NCBI GenBank assembly: GCA_028534125.1
Contig: CM052816.1
Coordinates: 52,826,001 to 52,890,000 of the forward strand
Origin: Lama glama
Lineage: Eukaryota
Length of the DNA stretch: 64,000 nt
Direction: 5' to 3'
The notes below the pieces were generated by a model, which was not told the origin of the DNA, ran no database searches, and saw only the letters and a list, made by a program, of their open reading frames with translations. Below, one piece after another: positions 53,795-64,000 of the stretch. The position numbers and the translations under genes are program-made. Numbering within the stretch: position 1 is the first letter of the stretch; each line of letters starts with the position of its first letter.

Positions 53795-54030
53795 TATAAT
53801 AAAGAGGTTAAGAGCATGAGCTTTGGAGTCAGACATAGGTTTGAAATCTGGTCCTTCTATTAGCTATATGAACTTAAACCAAGCTCCCTAGTTTTCCAAA
53901 GGTTAATAAGCTCCTTTATCCATAATATAAGGAAAACAATAGTATTTTTTGTTATAAGGTTGTTATAAGGGTTAAATGATAAAATGTATGGAAAGCATAG
54001 CAGCAATAGTATTATCTATTATTAATTATT
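53795..54030 (+). mobile_element. MIR SINE
   Basis: ggttaagagcatgagctttggagtcagac..ggtttgaaatctgg...ggttgttataagggttaaatga. Confidence 0.8.
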
Positions 54031-57000
54031 TGGTATACACCAGGCATCATTATTATTGTAACTGTACATTTATACAGTAACACAGTATAGTTACCTTCTG
54101 CAACTTTCAATGTATTATTTTGAAAACTACATAACCAATGACTCCATCATATTGTATGAATTTTAAACCTGAAAAAAAGTTGCTATGTGAAGATACGTAT
54201 AATTTAATGTATTTTCAAACTATAAACGCACAGAGCACTCTACATTCACAGAATTCTTCATCTCATAACTACGAAAAGGAGGGTTATTTTCTCACATCTC
54301 TATTTGGTTAACATAAATGGCTTCTGAGAATATGAAAATACCATGAGGGAATGAAACAAATGTAAGTTGTCTTAATAAATCTACCTATCACAAATCTATG
54401 TAAATTTCATGCTAGCATTAAAATAAAGACCCCTTCAGATGTTTAATCTGAGTTTATACTTAAATTTTCTTAACCTCATTTTAACTCAAAGGTAAACACT
54501 CTGTCCTCAATCATTTATGTTGTTTTCTTAGTTGATAATCAAGTAATAATAATCAACAATGCTATATACTATGATATAGTTTTCAAAATAAAGATGTTTA
54601 TAATCTTTCTTCCTTTCCTTTCAAAATTCAATATCACAACTGAATTGAAACACCATACCAATTTTTAATAAATATTTTATAAATTTTGAGAAAACATGAA
54701 AAAGACAAAAAGAGTATAATATACTAAACAACAAACTTTATTCCATTACAAAATTATCTTATTTTTTTAATTCTTTTAACTATATTAGAAAAACTCAAAA
54801 TTTTACATTTTGTTTCCTTGTAAAGTAACAAAAAAGTTTGTTTGTTACTATAGTTTTAAGTCATTCTCAAACTTATTTATACAAGCTGAAATTTCGTCAT
54901 ATCTGCTTTTCTTAGAGAAAGGTATATAACATCTACATAGGAACAGTCAGCTAATATACAAATACAATGTAGTAAGCAACACACATTAGATGAAATGATA
55001 CGTTACTGACTACTACTATCATTTTGCCTTTCCTCAGGCAGCAAGCATAGTATAATGGAAAAAATACCAGTTTCCGCATTCATAATTTGTGGTCAATCAA
55101 GCTTGGATCAATCATGTAATCTTTCTAAGATTCATCTGTGAAACAAGAGCACCTTACAAGTTTATTTGCTTAGGATTAAAAATATTGTACGCAAAATTTG
55201 TATGTGCTGATATAAAATAGATACTAAAAAACTAATAGTTACTACTAGTAATAAGAAACAACTTGATTTGCTTTTCCATCAGATGGACCACTGATCAGCT
55301 TACAGGTTTCATATAAAACAAAAAATCCTGCTAAAAGGGAGTAGTAAGTCCTTATCCATGTTAAGCATGAATCTTACGGTAAAAATAATATTTAAATATT
55401 TATGATAATGTAACCACCCATGAAACTAAATTAAGACATTCTTAAATCTAGCAGGGCTTGCTATTAGTACTACTTTTTTTTTTTTTTAAAGCTTTGGGGC
55501 TGGGGTTGCATTAAATCTATTTCCTGGTTACAGGTATAGAAATAAGATTAGTAAAACAGAGAGGAGAGTATAGGGTCAGAGGTAGTGCAAGTGAACAGAA
55601 ATCAGGACCCTGCCATGGGAGAGAGCAAGGTGATTAAAAAATGAAACACACAGAAGTAAAAATGAGGCTCTTCAAACTAGTAATATATAATACTAAGAAT
55701 CTGAGTGTCTTATAAAAGCAATACTTCTGTCCCCCAGGACAGTGCTATTAAACTGAAATTTCATCAGTATTTTATATTAGTAAAAAGAGTTCCATGTAGT
55801 GCAGGGTTTTAAGTGAAATTCTGTAGAAGCATCTTTTTAATACACAATAATGGATTTTTTTATAAGATACATTTAACTATTAGACCTTCTGTATGCTGAA
55901 AAATATATGTAGCTCTTGCTACACTAAAACCTAGGCCTTGAAGAAAAATAAAGCTGGGACAATAAAATGAAATAGTAAACACCCAGTCATTATCTTTGAC
56001 CTTTCAGTATGAGCTAAAGAATTAATACTTTACAGAGGAAGGAAAACATTCAATATTAAGGCCCAAAAGGTCACGTTATTTTTATTTCTATACTTTCTGA
56101 TGTTTTACTTTTCATAGCGTTTAAGAAAGCATAAATACTGATACTGAGTTATACTGTAAACTCATTATAATAGTTCTTCACAGCAGAAATTCGTTTTTAA
56201 AAGTAAGAAGATAAGATAGCCAGATTCCAAAAGGTTTTTGTATTAAATGGTCTCTTCCAGTAAACAACTCACCACAAACTGGGAGGCCCTCACATTACAC
56301 AGACTCCATTAACAGTGAATCCTCTATTATCCAGCACCTCACGTGTGCATTACAAGAGTAACTGACGTTCAAAAACAAGAACATCAGTTCTCAATCATCA
56401 AGAGTAAATCACATGTAACTGAGGTTTCACATCAAGCATATTTATTATATTTGGGTGATCCATATAAAATAAATACATTCTTCGAAAACTGATCACTCAA
56501 GGTAGAATTATTATAAGTTTATGAATTAATAGGTTAAAAATTATGTGGTTTCAGAAGGCTGGTCAAACATTCTAAACAAGTAACCTAAATATTGTTTCCA
56601 AAAAAAAACAAGAACAAGATTGACTATGGAGGAAAACAGAAATGACAGGACTATAAAACAAAGAAACAGCAAATTCTGGAAAAAAGAATACAAAAACTAG
56701 AAAAGAAACAAAAATATGCATATAGATAATGAATATGTACGTTACCTAGGTTTCTATAGGTACCCAGTTTGAGTACATACTTAACCTTTTCTAGTAGGCA
56801 CACTGTATTTCTTGAATGTTTCTAATTAACTTCAGACTCTTAATAGGGTACACACACAAGGATAGTGTACTAATATTACCTCTTAGTGTACTATTTGATA
56901 AAATCAAATGGAAGATAAAAAGATTATCCAATTGTTCAACTTCTTAATTTTTTTGCCTGATTTCAAAGTATATACATGTTAGGCTATAAAAATTCTGAGT

Positions 57001-57376
57001 TACTAACTAAAGAAATGTTCTGAAACTCTATTTAAAAGTAGCATGAAAAAAACTGGTATGAGTCCAAATGGACCTTCACTAACTGAGTATATTTAATTCT
57101 TATTAGTGATAATCATGAGCATCATGCAAAAAGTTTCACCATTAACATAAATGACCAGATTGTCTGCCAATAAACAAGTAAAAAATCAGTCTTCAGAAAA
57201 AGTATATGAAATATTTTTAACATTCTAGTGGTCAACGCCTCAGCCTATGTAGAAAATGTTATCATATACTTAGAAGGTTAACTAGTACTACTTTTATATT
57301 CACATTAACGCTGCATATAATAGTTCCACATATACTTGTCATAATATAATTATAATAATTTATAAGAAACACTTAC

Positions 57377-57420
57377 TGGGTAAATTTTTTGGATGGATGG
57401 AAGGATGGGTTCAGGTAGGG
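57377..57420 (-). CDS. TENT2: TENT2 small coding exon (44 nt)
   Basis: ctttttatag|(T)LPEPILPSIQKIYP|gtaagt; phases 1 and 0. Confidence 0.95.
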
Positions 57421-58356
57421 CTATAAAAAGAAAAAGTTAAGCTTCCGTGATTCACGTAATTAATTTTACAAAGCAATAATTTGTCAGCTATACCCCAGAT
57501 ATGAAACTATATGGGTTTATGCTAAAATTCAACAGTTTACCTATATTTTGTGAAATCAATCTTGATTCCTAAAAATTTTAAATCAAAATATATCTAAACT
57601 CATCATTTAAGGTCTGTTAATAAATTGTTATATTTCTATGTAAACAAATGTTCCTTATATGATTTTAGAATAATAGGTCATCAATAGATGGACATACATC
57701 ATTTGGTCCAACATCAGACATACACACAAAATAAGCAAGACAAGGATTGTGCTACAGATATTGAAAGGACATTGTTAAGATGGATGTAGCTATCAAAAAA
57801 AGTGTTTTTAAGTACAGTCCAATGGTACAGTATCATAAGAATAACAACTCTATCATCACTGTCCCTTTATTAAATTTCTTCAAACAATAATACCAAAACT
57901 GAGATAGTTTCAGGAAATTGATCTACTGTGAAAAGAAAAACTGAAAAAGATCTTCAATCTCATTAATACATTTTAAAAAAGAAAACCTCAGCAAAGTTTA
58001 GAAATCTAAATCAGGAGATCTGTAGCAATATGCTATGAAATAAAATTTCATGCAAAAAAATCACTATCTTCATATGTTATTGTATTTTTAACTGCCATTT
58101 TCACCCTTCAATAGCTTTACCTAAATCCAACCTCATTAAATGCATTAACAGTAATTTCACATCATTATAATGTAGATGGAATAACATGAAAGGCAAAGTG
58201 CCTAATAATCACAATGTAAGAAATAAATGTAAAATGCAATATCTTGAATATGGTAAGATACAAATAATACATTTTCAAGATTTCTTTAAGATTAAAGACC
58301 AAATATAGACCACACTATAAACTATGCATTTAAGAATTAGAAATACACTATGTATA

Positions 58357-58578
58357 CAGTTGACCCTTGCACAATGCAGGAGTTGGGGGTACCAATCCCT
58401 GTACAGTTGAAAATTTGCGTCTAACTGTATAGTTGGCTCTCCACATCTGAGGTTTCAAATCTGCGGATGCAACCAACTGCAGGTTGCGTAGTAAGTACTG
58501 CAATATGTATATACTGGAAGAAATCTGCATATAAGTAGACTTGCACAGTACCAATCTGTGTTGTTCAAGGGTCAACTG
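58357..58578. mobile_element. MER8-like Tigger (Tc1/mariner) MITE
   Basis: TIRs CAGTTGACCCTTG(C/A)ACAA at both ends, each flanked by the TA target duplication. Confidence 0.9.
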
Positions 58579-61239
58579 TAATTAAATAAACTCAGTAACA
58601 AAGAATCATTAATTCACTTTTAATTCCTTATTTAGCAAAAAAAATTTTAAATGACTTCTGGAATACATTAAGGAACATATAATCAACCATTATGAGCAAC
58701 TTATGTGGTCTTCAATTATGACTATAAATGTATAAATTTCTACCACATATACAAAGTAGGATGCATTACTTAAATTTTTCTGTATCATGCTTCATTCCCA
58801 AGTTGAAAATTAGAATAAAATAAAATTCCATGATAGTATGGAATGTTCACAGTATAAAATTAAGAATATGAGGGTAAAAAAACTCACTCATTACTTACCA
58901 GAATCACTCTTAGGAAGTAAAGATATATATTTTTTTTCCCCAAAGGCATTCAAATGCTCAAAATTCTAGAAGTCCCTACAAATAAACTCAAGCCCCAGTC
59001 ACTTAACTCTAAAAGTCTTCATATTTGTATAACATTTTTAATGGCTTTTTAATAATTTTCATTATAATATAGAAGTCAAATTGGAAATTCTTACTAGAAA
59101 TTAGTTACTAAAAACTTGAATTCTATTCACATTTAAAAACACTCCCAGTAAATTTAAAATTATAATTTAAAAAAGGATTAAGAAAAGATTGCAGGAAATT
59201 AGAAAAAAATATTATCTCATTCTAGAATCATAACTAGAATGCTAGGAAAGAAAAACACTGTATAGGGTCTTTTATTAGATAAAGTGCCTTTAGAACTATG
59301 CAATTTGGGAGCTTTCAGTAGCAGGGTTATCATTCAATAAATCCCTTGCCTTATAACCTTAAAGATTTAAAACACTAGTCATTAGAGAAGCAATTAGTGT
59401 ACTATGGTAGTTATTTATCAACACTATCCTGATAGTAACCTCAAAGTATTTAGTAGTTTTTTCAAATGTTTATTTTATTCCAAAGCAACATACATTTCGG
59501 AAGAACCTCTCTGTAACGTCTATTTTGACTTCAAAATTTTGGACTTCAATCTGTTTTTTTTTTTGGACTTCAATCTTTTAAATTTCTCTTCAAAAGTAAA
59601 ACAAGACAAAATAAGTTCATTATTGCAGGATATGATCAATAGATAATGTCTTAATATATATTTAATCTATAAGATTATATTTAATCTATAAGATTTTACT
59701 TTGCCTGTAGTTCAGATAAGAGCTTTCTGGTCAGGCCTCTACAAATTCATACACATAAACATTCCATACTGATTCATCAAAAAATTAAACTAAAAAAAAA
59801 AAAATGCAGATCTTCCAACAACGCTAAGCAACCACTAATTTTGAAAACGCAAGAACAATTTTAAAATGCTTAAGAGATAGTTCTATACCTAGTAATATGG
59901 TAAACATTCCATGAATATTCTTTCATATTATTGTTTCTAATCAATTGACACTTTTGCCTTTATTATTATTGTCTTAATCTTAGATTGCTGTTAAAATCTC
60001 TTCTCAATGGAGTCTTCCCATGCTTTCATCAATCATCTTTTCAAGTATACACAGTTTGTGACTGTCTATAGAAATTCATTCTAGGAAGTTTTAATCTTTT
60101 CAACCTTCTTATGTAGAGAGGACTGGTTTCCTTTCTCTGCTCATGGCAGAAAAGATATTAAAGCATTTAAAGTTAAATGAAACTTAAAGGTCATCTAATC
60201 CAATTATTAACGTCACAGATGAGAGCATTAAGATCAGAGAAGTAGAATACCTTGGCCAAAGTCACAAAAACTAGTTCACTGTGGCAGAGCTGGAACTGCT
60301 CAGCACATCTTGCAGATTCTTGTGTAACAAGAAAAGTAACTACTTATTTCAATCTCTCTAATTTCTTCTAGGGGAGAGCAGCTTAAATTTGTCAAAGTAC
60401 AGAGTTACACATTAGGTCTGGGTAGCTGATATTTTTTAACAAACACCTAGAAATGGTTGGGGATAGTGCTATTAATTACAAACCACCTCAGTAATAAGTA
60501 GGACCATTCTGTCAAGAATAAAGTATGTTTAACAAAATCTAAACCCAATTTTAACATGATTTCATTACACTGGTAAAATACTAATATTTGAATTTTTTAA
60601 CTTGCTTGCAAAACTACCATGGAGCATCTGTGATTAAAGAATATTTTTCTAAAAAAAGTAATCAAATTAAAATTTCTAATAACCCAAAAGGGAGGGATAG
60701 GATACATGTTATCAGTCTTCATGAATGTTACATGCTTTAGTCAAATCTAATGCTTAAATCACAACTAAAACTAAAAAATGAATAGACACTAGGTGGTAGC
60801 ACATGAGTGTTTGTCACATTATTCTTTACATATTTTATATGCATTTTACAAAAAATATTTCTAACCTATTCGATTTTTAATAAAAGTGAACTGCAATTCA
60901 CAAGAGAACAGAGTTCACTAAAAGAGCATCAAAAGTAGTATGTTTCAGACTGAACTGTAAAATTGGACAAAAATGGTTAGTGATATATAAAGTAGTATCC
61001 TAAAATAGCCAACATGATGTTTCAAATCCTTTTGGAGGGGCAAATTAATCATCAAACTAGTATATATCCAAGACTGGTCAGCAACAAAAGTACATGTATT
61101 ATAATTAGCTTGAAAATTTTCAACAACAAAGGGGAAGTTTATCTAATCTCTCTGATGATTACTGATTCACAAAATTGTGGCCATTTAAATTACTTTAAGT
61201 CGTCTTACTACCTCAAAAAAATTCACCAGATTCCACTGT

Positions 61240-61740
61240 TCAAATAAAAATATACTTTTTAATTTAATATGTATTATAAAACATCTATGAAGTATAGTAA
61301 CATATAAAGAACACAAATCCTACTGACCATAATACCCCCCATAAGTTTTTGGCACATACCCTTTCAATATTTGCATACATATGAATATATACACAAACTG
61401 AAACATAGCTATTCTTTTTAAAATAAAATTGAAGTGATGTTGTATATGACAGCATATCATGAATATTTTCTTGTATCAATAAATGTCTTTAAAACATGAT
61501 TTTTAGTGTCTGCATAAATTTCATATTACGATATCATAATTAATTTGACCAATCTTCCACTCTTAAAAACTTAGATTATATCTAGTTTTTTATTATTTCA
61601 ACAAATACCATGAAAAATATAGCCTTATATGAATTTATGTATGCATCCCTGACCATTTACCTAAGTATAAATTCCAAGCAATGGAATCACTGAGTCGAAG
61701 GGTATAAACATAAATATTACAACATTGCTTTCTTAACTGT
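61240..61740 (-). mobile_element. Old L1 (L1ME-type) 3' fragment
   Basis: cataattaatttgaccaatc...acttagattatatctagttttt...ataaattccaagcaatggaatcactgagtcgaagggtata. Confidence 0.65.
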
Positions 61741-62259
61741 AGAAATAGTCACGCAGAACAGATCACACCCTAGACATTCTGGTAAATGGTCTTACATTAA
61801 CATCAAGTCTTTCCACTCAGTGTCCGTGCAGCTCACAGGAAAAAAAACTTTTTTTTCTTTAAATCAACAAAAAAATCAGTTAATTCCTGTCTCAAGTAGA
61901 AAATAAAAAACATAATGAATGGTGCTTGAGTTTATTTTCACAGGCCTCTGAACATTCTTCTGCCCCAAGATTATGAGTTCACAATACAGTGGTAAAAGTT
62001 TTTTAAATACGAAAGTGAATATAGGAAACTGTCAAAATATAAAAACACAATGAAACTTCTTTATAATGTTTTCCAAGGGTAACATTACTAAAATATTTGT
62101 TCAAAGCAACAAAATAGGAAATGTGGTTTTATGGGCCTTAGAAAAAACTTTTTTAAAACAATGATATTTGAATAGAAGGTCAACAGGGAAGAAAGATCCC
62201 ATAATGAAGTTAAAATGCATTTCCATTTTAAGAATTGGGAAAAACTTCATAATACTTAC

Positions 62260-62388
62260 TTTGTAAATAGTGCAAAACCATCAATACAAGACTATAGCTG
62301 CTTAAAGTACCACGACTGGCATCATTTATTTCATGGTGACTCGCCCACTTCTTAATCACCAGTACTAATGGACGAACTCGATTTTCAA
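62260..62388 (-). CDS. TENT2: TENT2 coding exon (129 nt)
   Basis: tactttcag|(L)ENRVRPLVLVIKKWASHHEINDASRGTLSSYSLVLMVLHYLQ(T)|gtaagt; phases 1 and 1. Confidence 0.97.
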
Positions 62389-62771
62389 CTGAAAGTAAAA
62401 TTAAAACTTAAAAAGGGTAAGAAGATATCACAGTTTCTTTGAAATTGCATTAGTTTTATCTTTTATTTCCCAACTACATGCCAATAGAAAAAGCAATGCC
62501 TCCTGTTATTACACACTGTGTTCACCATAAGTGTGTCTTACTTCTGAAGCAAGCTTTAGTTACCTTTTAAAAATTACCAATTATTAAACTTCATTTTATT
62601 GACTTATAACTCTGGTAGTATATGATTTTAGTGCAGCAACATATTATACATATCAGAAAATGAGACCCAATGTACATAAACACAATTAAAGAGGTGTCAA
62701 TATTTACTATACACATCTTTATGAAGGAATAAAGAATGTGATAATTATTTGGAAATAAACACAAAACTTAC

Positions 62772-62848
62772 GGTATGCATAAGTTCTGAGAAGGAATGTG
62801 TTTCTTATTCCAACAACATTGTTTACATTCAAGTCGAACTCCACACAA
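62772..62848 (-). CDS. TENT2: TENT2 coding exon (77 nt; third catalytic Asp); earlier exons lie beyond the window
   Basis: aaaatag|(S)CVEFDLNVNNVVGIRNTFLLRTYAY(L)|gtaagt; phases 2 and 1. Confidence 0.96.
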
Positions 62849-64000
62849 CTATTTTAAAAAAAGAAATTAACTTCAGCTCAAGTACAAATTAAAGTAACTC
62901 CCTAGTAACTAAATTCATATCCATCCATCCATCCAATGATGCAAAATAGCACAGGCCCAAAGACTTTAAAATGAGGCACTAAAGAAATAAAAATGAACAT
63001 ACTTCTAGCATGATTTAGTGTTTATTAAAGATATAAATCAAGATTATTGTTGAAAGATCAGTAATGTACCAGAAAGGCTCCAATTATTTCTTACCAAAGT
63101 TTTAATTTTGCAATCCTTTTCAGATAAAATTATGTGACCAAACACACTTCTGGACAAGTTACCACTAAGTCATACATTCTCACTCAATTTTGAACTAGAG
63201 CATCATTTGCTTTAAAATAATAGGAATGAAAAGTCAAATTAAGTACATGTGAAAAAATAAAAGCTCTGTCTACATTTTATATTCCCTCCAAAAGGGTTGG
63301 TAAATTATAATATAATGCCAAATTTAGCTACTGATATCTAGGAAGAACTACAATAGTCAAACACATAACAGAAGGGATACTTCTTTGAAAGCAAAGAGAT
63401 TATGCAATTCACAATTTAGAGAATACGGCAATAATGATGGGATCTGTAAAGAATAGCTAAACTCAAAATAAAAAGATTACTCAATATATAAGTAATGAGC
63501 CTATGTACTATCATGTCCAACTTCTGAACAATGAATTGTTCTGTGAAAAGTACCCAAAATAAAAACTTAATCAAATCTTTTAACTGTAAAATTTGAAATT
63601 TACCACTTCAGATTTTCTTGTTATGAGGAAAGAAATTATTACCTTTCAATTATCCATGCACATTAATAAAAATGGACAGTAGTATTAAGACTTCAGATGT
63701 CAATGTATCTTTGGCTTTGGGAAGCCAAAGAGTTATATTCTTTAACTGTGTTTGTACAAATCTAACACTGAAACCAGTTTGCACTTCCTCTATATAACTC
63801 AACAAAGAAGAAAAAACACTTAGATGGGAACTAGCCTGCAATTAAAATATTTTCCAAAAATATTAATTCAGAGCTTTAAAAATATCCACAGTACTTGCTT
63901 CAAATTCTACTTCTGGAAATACTAAAAAATCTTTAATATGGTAAGAAATTTATGCACAACATGCTTATTTGAACACAGAATGGTTAAGTGAATGACAATA

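Noticed and set aside
58893..58977. Strong donor CTG|GTAAGT with an upstream AG as a cryptic TENT2 exon
   Set aside because: Poor pyrimidine tract; isolated consensus donors are common in long introns

Overview
This is mammalian genomic DNA, most likely from a camelid (camel/alpaca), judging by a tRNA-Ala-derived Vic-1-type SINE. Two protein-coding genes lie in tandem on the minus strand. The first is the 3' half of TENT2 (PAPD4/GLD-2, cytoplasmic poly(A) polymerase): seven coding exons at 62848-38581, all with GT-AG sites and consistent phases, and a 3'UTR ending at ~37200. About 2.8 kb further along is the CpG-island promoter and exon 1 of CMYA5 (myospryn; ATG at 34354). A ~31.8 kb intron 1 follows, then the first 2443 nt of the giant exon 2, which stays open to the window edge. 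The ORF track misses both genes' real frames because they are spliced or run off the edge. The rest is intronic DNA with L1, L2, MIR, MaLR/ERV LTR and hAT/Tigger relics, plus one 500-N gap inside a young L1. I found no evidence for a wholly new biological system. The best second-look items are a tailless 5S rRNA retrocopy with TSDs, a CPE/hexamer/Pumilio architecture in the GLD-2 3'UTR, an unexplained CpG-retaining hairpin cluster in CMYA5 intron 1, templated-insertion scars, and muscle-type enhancer motif clusters. Gene and repeat names come from recognition by eye, not a database search, and repeat boundaries are approximate unless TSDs or TIRs are given.
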